Of a DNA stretch of 64,000 nucleotides, positions 34,395-42,509 are shown one piece after another (positions within the stretch are counted from its first letter, which is position 1; each line of letters begins with the position of its first letter). Position numbers and translations under genes: made by a program. Source of the DNA: an uncultured Acidobacteriota bacterium (lineage in GTDB: Bacteria; Acidobacteriota; Polarisedimenticolia; Polarisedimenticolales; DASRJG01); NCBI GenBank assembly GCA_964619965.1, contig CAZUGP010000058.1, forward strand, positions 5,198-69,197. The letters run 5' to 3'. The notes under the pieces are model-generated. The model had not been told where the DNA came from. It did not search any database and worked only from the letters and a program-made list of their open reading frames with translations.

Positions 34395-34685
34395 ATGCTC
34401 CGTGACGATGTCCTTGCGAAAATCGCGGCGCAGCGGGAGTCGCTGGACCGATTTCACGTCAAGACTCTGGCCGTATTCGGGTCGGTTGCGCGAGGCGAAG
34501 CTCGAGCCGAAAGCGACGTGGACCTGCTCGTCGAGTTCAGCGTTCAGGTCGGCCTTTTCGAGTTCGTGCGCCTGAAGCGGTTTCTCGAAGAGATTCTCGG
34601 CGCCCGAGTCGATCTCGTTACGCCCGGAGCGCTCAAGCCGCAGCTCCGCCAAGCCGTGTTGCGGGAGGCGGTCCGTGCCGCCTAG
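34395..34685 (+). CDS. nucleotidyltransferase-domain antitoxin (MNT)
   Basis: GSVARGEARAESDVDLLVEF minimal nucleotidyltransferase motif. AAAGGGGAGG RBS. 11-nt overlap with the HEPN gene. Confidence 0.88.
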   Translation: MLRDDVLAKIAAQRESLDRFHVKTLAVFGSVARGEARAESDVDLLVEFSVQVGLFEFVRLKRFLEEILGARVDLVTPGALKPQLRQAVLREAVRAA

Positions 34686-35016
34686 AGACTGGCGCATTCG
34701 CATCGAGGACATCATCGAGGCTGCGACTGCCATCGCAGGCTATGTCCAGGGACTCTCTTACGAGGAGTTCGCGAACGATCGCAAGACGGTCGATGCAGTA
34801 GTCCGCAATCTCGAAGTGATTGGCGAGGCCGCGCGGCACGTTCCCGATACCGAGAAAGAGCGATTTCCGGAACTGCCGTGGGCGGACATGGCGGACATGC
34901 GGAACGTGCTCATCCACGAGTACTTCGGCGTCGATCTCACGATCCTTTGGAAGACCGCGAGCGTCGACCTGCCGGCGATTCTCCCAGCTCTGACACGAGT
35001 CATCGAGGGCTCGTAG
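34675..35016 (+). CDS. HEPN-domain toxin (DUF86/HepT-like)
   Basis: GTG start. RNVLIHEY (Rx4H HEPN motif). Classic MNT-HEPN gene order. Confidence 0.88.
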   Translation: MPPRDWRIRIEDIIEAATAIAGYVQGLSYEEFANDRKTVDAVVRNLEVIGEAARHVPDTEKERFPELPWADMADMRNVLIHEYFGVDLTILWKTASVDLPAILPALTRVIEGS

Positions 35017-35067
35017 TCGGACCGAGCCGGGCTCTCCATTTGTCCCCGGGATCCACGTTCCTTGATT

Positions 35068-35143
35068 TGGAGCCGGCACCCAGACTTGAACTGGGGACCT
35101 GCTGATTACGAATCAGCCGCTCTACCAACTGAGCTATGCCGGC
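35068..35143 (-). tRNA. tRNA-Thr (anticodon CGT), CCA encoded
   Basis: Hand-folded cloverleaf: acceptor GCCGGCA/TGCCGGC, D-stem GCTC/GAGC, anticodon stem GCTGA/TCAGC with loop TTCGTAA, variable AGGTC, T-stem CCCAG/CTGGG with loop TTCAAGT, discriminator T, CCA. 76 nt. Confidence 0.92.
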
Positions 35144-35250
35144 ATCGGACGGAAAGCAACGCGCATTTCTAGCAGAGTCGGCAGGTCCGGGCAACACAGG
35201 ACGACTCCCGCGATTCGACGGCCGAACGAGCCTCGACTAGGATTTGTCGG

Positions 35251-36093
35251 ATGCTCGATCGGTTGGCGGCTTCATTCGTTCGGCGCATTCTCCATCCTCC
35301 GCCACCCGAGTCGTGGCCGCTTCCTGCCGCGCTCTCGGCGCAGGCGGAAGATGTCTCGATACCCGCGGCCACGCTCCCGCTGAAGGCGTGGCTCGTGCGC
35401 CCGTCTGGACGCCCCGCGGGGACCGTCGCTTTCGTGCACGGCTGGGGGCATGACGGCGGGCGCATGGCGGGACTTTCGGGGCACGTCGTGGCGCGCGGGA
35501 TGAGCGCGTTGCTCGTCGATCTACCGGGACACGGACGCACGGGAGCGGTCGAAAGCTATAACGCGGCGCTGATGGTCGATGACTTGCGCGCGGTGAGGGA
35601 TTGGATCGCGAAGCGGGCGGGGCTGCTCGCGCTGCCCGCGGCGATCGTGGGCTTTTCGTTCGGGGGGCTCGGCGCGTACGTCGCGGCGTCGCGCGACGCG
35701 CGATGGGCCGCGCTGGTCGTGCTCGCCGCGCCGCTCGGGGCGATGGCTGCGGCGCGGCTGTACCTCGATGACAAGGGACTCCCCGGCCGCTGGCTCGATG
35801 GGATGGTGCGGCGCTCGTTCACCCGCAGCGTCGGCATCGACCCGGATACCTTCGATGCGGAGCGGAACCTCGGTTCGATCCGGGTTCCCGTGATGGTTGT
35901 GCACGGAGAAGAGGACGAAGTCGTCCCGGTTTGGCATGCGGAGCGGGTCGCCGCGGCGGTGCCGGTGGGTCTTGCAACCGTGGTGCGGGTGCCCGGCGCG
36001 AATCACAGCGCCGTGCTCGTCGACGATGTCGTCGGCGAGCGTGTCTCGGAGTTTCTCCTGACGCAGCTGACGCGGGCGGGGGAGAGATCGTGA
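35251..36093 (+). CDS. alpha/beta hydrolase
   Basis: FVHGWGHDGG and the nucleophile elbow GFSFGG. C-terminal VHGEEDEVVP...H block. Confidence 0.85.
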   Translation: MLDRLAASFVRRILHPPPPESWPLPAALSAQAEDVSIPAATLPLKAWLVRPSGRPAGTVAFVHGWGHDGGRMAGLSGHVVARGMSALLVDLPGHGRTGAVESYNAALMVDDLRAVRDWIAKRAGLLALPAAIVGFSFGGLGAYVAASRDARWAALVVLAAPLGAMAAARLYLDDKGLPGRWLDGMVRRSFTRSVGIDPDTFDAERNLGSIRVPVMVVHGEEDEVVPVWHAERVAAAVPVGLATVVRVPGANHSAVLVDDVVGERVSEFLLTQLTRAGERS

Positions 36094-37058
36094 AGACTCG
36101 GCCGTTGGGGCGCACGGGGATCGAGGTGTCGGAGATCGGCTTCGGCGCGTGGGGGCTCGGAGCGACGATGTGGCGCGGCGTTGCGGATGACGTCGCGCTG
36201 GCAGCCGTTCGTGCCGCCGTCGAGGCCGGCGTGAACTTCATCGATACCGCGTTGGCGTACGGCGACGGTCACAGCGAGCGGCTCATCGCGAAGGCACGAA
36301 CCAGCGCCGTCGTCGCGACGAAGATCCCGCCGCAAGATGGGGACTGGCCCGCGGCGGAGACGTCGCAGATCGCGGATGTCTTTCCCGCGGCGTATGTGCG
36401 GACGTGTACCGAGACCTCGCTGCGCAACTTAGGGAGCGACTCGATCGCGCTGCAACAGCTCCACGTCTGGCACGACCGCTGGCTCGATCAGCCGGCGTGG
36501 GCCGCGACGAGGCGCGAGATGGAGCGGCTCGTCGCTGAAGGGAAGGTGGTGCACTGGGGGATCTCGATCAACGACCACGCGCCCGAAACGGCGCTCCGGG
36601 CGCTTGGCGATCCGCTGTTTTCGACCGCCCAGGTGATCTACAACATCTTCGATCGCTCACCCGAGAGGAAGCTGTTCGCTCTAGCGCGCGAGCGGAACCT
36701 CGGGATCATCGTGCGCGTGCCGTTCGATGAGGGGACGTTAACCGGCGCCATCGGACCGAGCACCCGCTTCCCGGAAGGGGACTGGCGTCACCAGTACTTC
36801 CGGGGGGAACGGCGGGCCGAGGCGGCGCGACGGGCCGAGGCGCTCGCTACGCTCCTGGGCGACGAAGCGAGGACCCTCCCCGAGCTCGCATTGCGATTCG
36901 TGCTTTCGCAACCCCAGGTTTCGACCGTGATTCCCGGAATGCGACGGCCCCAACACGCCTTTGCCAACGTCGCCGTCTCGGACGGACGGCGGCTCAGCCC
37001 GGCGCTCCTCGAACGGCTGAAAGACCACGCTTGGACGAAAAACTGGTACCGTGAATGA
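36090..37058 (+). CDS. aldo/keto reductase
   Basis: GTG start overlaps the upstream stop (GTGA). VKTRPLGRTGIEVSEIGFGAWGLG...FIDTALAYGDGHSERLI is a typical AKR N-terminus. Confidence 0.88.
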   Translation: MKTRPLGRTGIEVSEIGFGAWGLGATMWRGVADDVALAAVRAAVEAGVNFIDTALAYGDGHSERLIAKARTSAVVATKIPPQDGDWPAAETSQIADVFPAAYVRTCTETSLRNLGSDSIALQQLHVWHDRWLDQPAWAATRREMERLVAEGKVVHWGISINDHAPETALRALGDPLFSTAQVIYNIFDRSPERKLFALARERNLGIIVRVPFDEGTLTGAIGPSTRFPEGDWRHQYFRGERRAEAARRAEALATLLGDEARTLPELALRFVLSQPQVSTVIPGMRRPQHAFANVAVSDGRRLSPALLERLKDHAWTKNWYRE

Positions 37059-37099
37059 CCTGTGTTCGCGCTGGGCGCAAACGGCCCGCGCAAGGAGAG

Positions 37100-37792
37100 A
37101 TGATGAGACGGAAACGGTCCGTTCCGATTTTGGTTCTCGCGACGGGAGTGATTCTAAGCGGCGTCGTTGCCGCCGCGATCCCGGAGAGCTCACCGCAGCC
37201 GAAGGAAAGCGAGCCGCCGCAGGAAGCCGCAACGCCCAAGGACGCCCCAGCGCCCAAGGAGCCCGCGCGGCATCCGCAGCCGGCTGGATCCCTGACGGTC
37301 GTGAAGCCGTTTAAGCAAGTCGAGCTCAAGCCCGAGCACAAGGTTCTGGCGGCCCTAGCCGGAAAGTGGTCGGCCAACGTGCATCTATTCACGGGCCCAT
37401 TCCCCCGCGAGAAAGACGTCGTCGGCACCGCCGAAGGGAAGCTGCTGATGAACGGGCTTTTCGTTCAGGTCTCGCATGCGGAAAAGCGGATGAAGCAGCC
37501 GTTCGAGGAGACGATCATCTTCGGTTTCGACGAAGTCGTAGGCAAGTACACGTCCGATACCTTGGAAACCACGTCGACCGCGGTCATCCACCACGTCGGG
37601 ACGTACGATGCCGAGAAGAAGCAGCTCGTCCTCTCCTCGCATTACAGCGACCAGAAGACGAGACAGCTGACCATCTCGAGAACGGTCACGACGTTCGTCA
37701 ACGCAAGCACCTGGACCTACGAGGAGTACATCTCGCACCGTGCCGGCGAGGCGGAAACTCAGATGGTGCTCATCACCTTTACGCGCCAGTGA
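37100..37792 (+). CDS. secreted DUF1579-like protein
   Basis: Start MMRRKRSVPILVLATGVILSG with an AAGGAGAG RBS. A Pro/Glu-rich linker precedes a lipocalin-like C-terminal domain (LAGKWSANVHLFTGP...GKLLMNGLFV). Confidence 0.65.
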   Translation: MMRRKRSVPILVLATGVILSGVVAAAIPESSPQPKESEPPQEAATPKDAPAPKEPARHPQPAGSLTVVKPFKQVELKPEHKVLAALAGKWSANVHLFTGPFPREKDVVGTAEGKLLMNGLFVQVSHAEKRMKQPFEETIIFGFDEVVGKYTSDTLETTSTAVIHHVGTYDAEKKQLVLSSHYSDQKTRQLTISRTVTTFVNASTWTYEEYISHRAGEAETQMVLITFTRQ

Positions 37793-37889
37793 TCGGTCGG
37801 CGGCTCCTCGCGGGCCGCCTCCTCGATCGGCTCCGGGAACACGGCCCAAGGTTCTACTCCAGTTCGTGAAGCTCCGCTATCGTGGCGCC

Positions 37890-38531
37890 ATGCGATTCGA
37901 AAGGGTCCTACGGCTGCTTGCGGATGCGCAGCTTGCGGAGCTTCCAGGGCCTAGCGCCCAGTCGAAGATGGCCCCGCGCCCTCGCCGGTTCTGGGTGCCC
38001 GGTGTCGTTCCGGCGGGCGCGCGCGCGGCCGCCGGGCTCGCGCTGCTGTACCCGAAGGGCGGCGACACGGCGCTCTTGCTGACGGTGCGCGGGGCGCACC
38101 TGGCCAACCACCAAGGGCAGGTCTCGCTACCCGGCGGCGCGGTCGAGCCGGGTGAGAGCATCGAGGACGCGGCGCTGCGCGAGGCCGAAGAGGAGGTGGG
38201 CATCGCGCGCGCCGGCGTCAACATCCGGCTTCGCCTGACACCCCTGCACATTCCGGTCAGTGGCTACGTCCTGCATCCCGTCGTCGCCACGGCTGAATCG
38301 CCCCCGACCGTACGGCCGTGCGCGGCCGAGGTGGAACGGATCGTCGAGCTTCCGCTCTCCGGGCTCGCCAATGGCTTCGGGCTGACGGTCGAGCTGCGCG
38401 AGCGCGGAGGATCCGCAGTCGAGGTGCCCTACTTCGAGCTGGGAGGCGCCAAGCTGTGGGGAGCCACGGCGATGGTCGTCGCGGAGCTGCTGGCCGTGCT
38501 GCACGTTCCCGTCGACCCGTGGAAGCGATAA
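37890..38531 (+). CDS. Nudix hydrolase (CoA pyrophosphatase-like)
   Basis: Nudix box GGAVEPGESIEDAALREAEEEVGI. Start at the internal ATG (MRFERV). Confidence 0.85.
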   Translation: MRFERVLRLLADAQLAELPGPSAQSKMAPRPRRFWVPGVVPAGARAAAGLALLYPKGGDTALLLTVRGAHLANHQGQVSLPGGAVEPGESIEDAALREAEEEVGIARAGVNIRLRLTPLHIPVSGYVLHPVVATAESPPTVRPCAAEVERIVELPLSGLANGFGLTVELRERGGSAVEVPYFELGGAKLWGATAMVVAELLAVLHVPVDPWKR

Positions 38532-38567
38532 AGGGGAGTGTCCCCTTTCTCAGTGTCCCCTTTATCG
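38526..38567. terminator. bidirectional hairpin between convergent genes (12-bp stem) containing the AAAGGGGAGTGTCCCCT core
   Basis: cgataaagggga (38526..38537) pairs with tcccctttatcg (38556..38567). An alternative short hairpin is AAGGGGA-GTG-TCCCCTT. AGTGTCCCCTTT occurs twice in tandem. The element overlaps both stop codons. Confidence 0.6.
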
Positions 38568-38795
38568 GCGAGTTCCGTGACAGCGGAGGCACTCGTCTCC
38601 TAGAGGATGGCGCGAAGACTGCGGGACCGCGCCTTCGGAGCCGTGGCAGCTCAAACAGGTGGTCGCGCTCTCGAACACCGCGTGGACGTCATCGACTGGG
38701 AGCAGCGGCGGCTGCCGGCTCGACAGCGCGAGCCACGCGATAAACCCCGCCGCGGCGACGATCGCGGCCAGAACGATCCACTGCTTGCGGTTCAT
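38562..38795 (-). CDS. membrane-anchored dihaem c-type cytochrome (77 aa)
   Basis: Start MNRKQWIVLAAIVAAAGFIAWL with a GGGAGGG RBS. Two CxxCH motifs (CLSCH, CLRCH). The rest of the 222-aa track ORF is upstream shadow. Confidence 0.7.
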   Translation of the reverse strand: MNRKQWIVLAAIVAAAGFIAWLALSSRQPPLLPVDDVHAVFESATTCLSCHGSEGAVPQSSRHPLGDECLRCHGTRR

Positions 38796-38897
38796 GCACC
38801 CTCCCGCGGAAGCGCGGCGATTATAGGCGTCGCTCCCGTTGCACGGCGGAACTTGCAACGCGACGGTGTACCATCCGCCCCCCTCGAGGGATTCGCC

Positions 38898-41489
38898 ATG
38901 CGCCGACTCGTTCTCGCTACCGCGATCCTCATCACCGCGGCGCCGAGCGGGGCCGCCGAGCAGACGTTGGGCAACGGCCTGCGCGTCATTCTGATTCCGC
39001 ACCGCGCGAACCCGATGGTGGCGTCGGCCGTCATCGTCGGCGCGGGCGTTCTCGACGAGCCGCAAGAGGCCTCGGGCGCGTCGCACTTTCTCGAGCACCT
39101 GCTGTTCAACGGGACGGAGACGCGTTCGCAGCGGCAGCTGTACGACGATGTCGACCGGCTGGGCGCGTACAACAACGCAACGACGCGGGAGGATCACACG
39201 CTCTTCACGTTGCTCGTCCAAAAGGAGCACGCGGAGAAAGGGCTCGCGATCCAGGCCGACATGCTGTTCCGGTCGACGATCCCCGCCGAGAACTTCGAGA
39301 AAGAGCGCAAGATCGTCCTCGAGGAGTTGGCGCGCGACCGTAGCGATCCGTCGTACGACGTCCAGGCCGGGTTCCGCTCCTTGGCGTATGCGGGGACTCC
39401 CATCGCGCGACCGGTCCTGGGGACGGAGGCCTCGCTCGGCGCGATCACCAGAGAGCAGGTGCTGGCCTACTACAAGGCGCGCTACGTGCCGGGGAACATG
39501 ACGCTCCTCGTGATGGGGGACTTCGAGATTCCGGAGATGTTGGATGTCGTGAAGCGCACGTTCGGCGCCGCGGGGCCTGCGCCGTTGCCGAAGACTGTCG
39601 CTTCGAGCTGGCCCGAAAAGCGTGCGGACAACGTGGAGATCACGACCGCCGAGACGGAGCCGGCGCGCCTCTTGGCCGCCTTTCCGTTTCCGGCCGCGCC
39701 GTGGGACAAAACGACCGAGGCCGCCTCTGTGCTCCTCGCCGCGGCCGCGGACGGGAAGGACTCACCGCTCGCGCTCGCACTCCTACGCCGCGGAGTGAAG
39801 GCGAACTCCCCGAGCCTTGGCATCGAATCGCGCCGGGCCCCTTGGTCGACCGTCCTCCTCGACACCAGGGTCGAGCGGGGGACCGACCCGAAAGCGGTGC
39901 TCGATGCGCTCTGCGACGCGATCCGGGCCACGCGCCCGGGCGGCGAAGCGCGTCAACGTATCGACCGCGTGCTCGCCAAGACCACGTCGGACGACACCAT
40001 CGCGCGCGATCAGATCCACTATTTCGCGATGCTGCGCTCGTCGTCGATCTTAGGGTCGCCGCGAGGGTCGGTGGAAGACGAAGCCGCAAGGCGTGCCGCT
40101 TTAGGACCCGCGGATTGGGACGCCGCCTCGGCGCGCTTGATCGAAGGCCTGCCGGCGGTCCGCGCGAGATTCACCGGTCCCGGCCTCACCGCCAAGCGGC
40201 TGTCATGGTCTCCGCCGGCCGACGTAGCTCCCCCGGTCGAAGGGTCGGCTGCGGCGCGTGTGGGGACGCTCGCGAACGGGCTCCGATACGTCGTGCGCGA
40301 ATCGTCCGACTCGGACGTCGTCGCGATGCACCTTTCGTTCGTTCCGCGCTCGGCCGGCGAACCCACCGGGCGAGACGGGATCACCGATCTTCTCCACCGC
40401 ATCATGGCGCGTGCGACTCTCGTTCACGATCCCGCGGCGCTCGACGACCGGCTCTCACGGCTCGGGGCGCGCGTCAAGGCGGTCGACGATCCGTCGGTTC
40501 CCTTCGACGATTACTACACGAGCTCGGAGTTCTCGTGGCTGCGTTTGGAGGTCCCTGCGTCCCAGTGGCGGGAAGCGGTCGGGATTCTCGCCGAGATGGT
40601 GCGATTTCCGGCGATCGGCGCCGACGCGCTCGACGAGGCCCGTCGCGACATGCGGGAGCGCGTGACGCGGCGTGACGGTGCGCCGCGCGAGACGGCTTTT
40701 GCCGCGCTCGACACCCTCTTGGCGCCCGGGCATCCGCTGACACGGCCCGTCTACGGAACGGAAGGCTCGCTCCAGTCGATCACGCTCGATGACCTGAAGT
40801 CGCATCACGCAGCCTTCGCCGCCGGGAGCCGCACGATCGTAACCGTCATCGGCCCGATCGACGCCGACGATCTGGTGCGCGCGCTCCAGGCGGATTTCGG
40901 TCCGCTCCCCGCAGGTCCGGCGGCGGTCGCGACCGCGGTCCCGCCGGTTCTGCAGCGGACTTCGCAGAGCGAGGTGAAGCTCGGCAAGAGCCAGTCCTAT
41001 CTCGTCATGGGGACCGTCCTTAACGTCCCGCCCGAAGATCGCGCCGCGCTGACGATCGCGGTCTCCTTGCTCTCGGACCGGCTGGCCTTCGACCTGCGCG
41101 AGACGAAGGGTCTCGCGTACTCGATCGGCGCGTCGCTCCGTCCGTGGGGAGGTCGGACGCGCTTCGACGTGGCGATGGGGACACGCGCCGAAAACCTCGA
41201 CGAAGCCAAGGCTGGAATCGTAAGCGGCGTTCGCGCCTTTCGTGAGGCGACCCCTACCGCCGCCGAAGTCGAGCGGGCGGTCAACGTCGCGCGCGGCGCG
41301 GCGCTGATGCGGCGCATGACACGGATCAGCCTCGCCTACGAGGCGGGGATCGAGGCGATGCGCGGACAGCAGCCCGGGGACGAGCGCCGGTTCGTCGATT
41401 CGTTGCGAGGGGTCTCAGCCACAGACGTCAAGCGCGCGACGGCTGAGTACTTGGACCCCGACCGGCTGGCCGTCGCCGTCGTCCGTTGA
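38898..41489 (+). CDS. M16 (pitrilysin/insulinase) family zinc peptidase, double-length fused form
   Basis: Signal peptide MRRLVLATAILITAAPSGA, inverted zinc motif HFLEH followed by NGTETRS...ATTREDHTLF. A second M16-like half has no HxxEH. Confidence 0.88.
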   Translation: MRRLVLATAILITAAPSGAAEQTLGNGLRVILIPHRANPMVASAVIVGAGVLDEPQEASGASHFLEHLLFNGTETRSQRQLYDDVDRLGAYNNATTREDHTLFTLLVQKEHAEKGLAIQADMLFRSTIPAENFEKERKIVLEELARDRSDPSYDVQAGFRSLAYAGTPIARPVLGTEASLGAITREQVLAYYKARYVPGNMTLLVMGDFEIPEMLDVVKRTFGAAGPAPLPKTVASSWPEKRADNVEITTAETEPARLLAAFPFPAAPWDKTTEAASVLLAAAADGKDSPLALALLRRGVKANSPSLGIESRRAPWSTVLLDTRVERGTDPKAVLDALCDAIRATRPGGEARQRIDRVLAKTTSDDTIARDQIHYFAMLRSSSILGSPRGSVEDEAARRAALGPADWDAASARLIEGLPAVRARFTGPGLTAKRLSWSPPADVAPPVEGSAAARVGTLANGLRYVVRESSDSDVVAMHLSFVPRSAGEPTGRDGITDLLHRIMARATLVHDPAALDDRLSRLGARVKAVDDPSVPFDDYYTSSEFSWLRLEVPASQWREAVGILAEMVRFPAIGADALDEARRDMRERVTRRDGAPRETAFAALDTLLAPGHPLTRPVYGTEGSLQSITLDDLKSHHAAFAAGSRTIVTVIGPIDADDLVRALQADFGPLPAGPAAVATAVPPVLQRTSQSEVKLGKSQSYLVMGTVLNVPPEDRAALTIAVSLLSDRLAFDLRETKGLAYSIGASLRPWGGRTRFDVAMGTRAENLDEAKAGIVSGVRAFREATPTAAEVERAVNVARGAALMRRMTRISLAYEAGIEAMRGQQPGDERRFVDSLRGVSATDVKRATAEYLDPDRLAVAVVR

Positions 41490-41501
41490 CGGAGGGAGAC
41501 C

Positions 41502-42509
41502 ATGAAGGTACGCCCCGCACACGCGTCGGCTCCCACCAGAATCGATCTCGCCGGCGGGACGCTCGACATTTGGCCCATCTCGCAGCTGATCGAGGACGCG
41601 GTCACGGTCAACCTCGCCGTACGGCTCAAGGCAGAGGCGAGCGTGGCGCCTCGTTCCGACCGGCGCGTTGCGGTCGTTTCCGTCGATCGGGGCCGCAAGG
41701 TCGCGCACGGTCTGCCGCTTTCCGCTTCGGCGTTTCGCGGACCGCTCTCGTGGCTGATCCGGCTGACGGATGCGTTCGCCCCGGGGATCCCCTTGACGCT
41801 GACCTGCCGGGCGGAGGCGCCGGCTGGCGCGGGACTCGGCGGATCCTCGGCGTTGGGTATCGCGGTCGGGGCGGCGCTCGCCGAGGCGACGGGGGAGCGG
41901 CTCTCGAAAGATGCGTTGCTGCGGCGGGTCATGAACTTGGAGACGCGCGAGATCGGGGTGCCGACCGGAAACCAGGACTACCTCGCGGCGCTGTGGGGCG
42001 GGCTGGCCGCGTACCGGCACCGCATCGATGGCGTGGCGAGGCAGCCTTTGCCTGACGCGAAAGCGCTCGAGAGCCGGCTCGTGCTTGCCTACACCGGGGA
42101 ACCGCGGCAATCTGGGTTCAGCAATTGGGACATGTTCCGCCGCTACGTCGAGAAGGACCTGGCGACGAGGCGGCGCATGGAAACGATCGCAAAGCTGGCG
42201 CGCGCGATGCGCGACGCGCTTTTGGCCGGCGATCTCGATGAGGCCGGGCGCCTGCTCGGCGAGGAAGGCCGGCTGCGCTACAGCCTCGCGCCGTCGGTTG
42301 CGACCGAAGCGCTTCGCGCGGCCGACGGTGCCGCGCGTCGGGCGGGCGCTTTGGGAGCGAAGGTGTGCGGCGCGGGCGGCGGGGGTTGCATGGTGGCCTT
42401 CACGCGCGATGGGAAGCGCGACGCGGTCGCCGACGCGATCGCGCGAACAGGAGCCAGCCTGCTCGACGTGCGGGTCGCGCGCCGCGGCGTGGCGCTCAGC
42501 GGACCGTGA
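41502..42509 (+). CDS. GHMP-family sugar kinase (HddA/fucokinase-like)
   Basis: APTRIDLAGGTLDIWPI N-terminal motif and the GHMP motif PAGAGLGGSSALGIAVGAAL. 12 nt downstream of the M16 gene. Confidence 0.8.
   Translation: MKVRPAHASAPTRIDLAGGTLDIWPISQLIEDAVTVNLAVRLKAEASVAPRSDRRVAVVSVDRGRKVAHGLPLSASAFRGPLSWLIRLTDAFAPGIPLTLTCRAEAPAGAGLGGSSALGIAVGAALAEATGERLSKDALLRRVMNLETREIGVPTGNQDYLAALWGGLAAYRHRIDGVARQPLPDAKALESRLVLAYTGEPRQSGFSNWDMFRRYVEKDLATRRRMETIAKLARAMRDALLAGDLDEAGRLLGEEGRLRYSLAPSVATEALRAADGAARRAGALGAKVCGAGGGGCMVAFTRDGKRDAVADAIARTGASLLDVRVARRGVALSGP

Larger units (their letters stand above)
32733..35143. mobile_element. putative integrase-less genomic islet (remnant) inserted at tRNA-Thr(CGU), bounded by 46-nt direct repeats
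   Basis: Direct repeats at 32733..32778 and 35067..35112. The proximal copy is part of the intact tRNA. The interior (32779..35066, 2288 nt) carries only the triple GspG-like protein and an MNT/HEPN pair. Confidence 0.6.
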
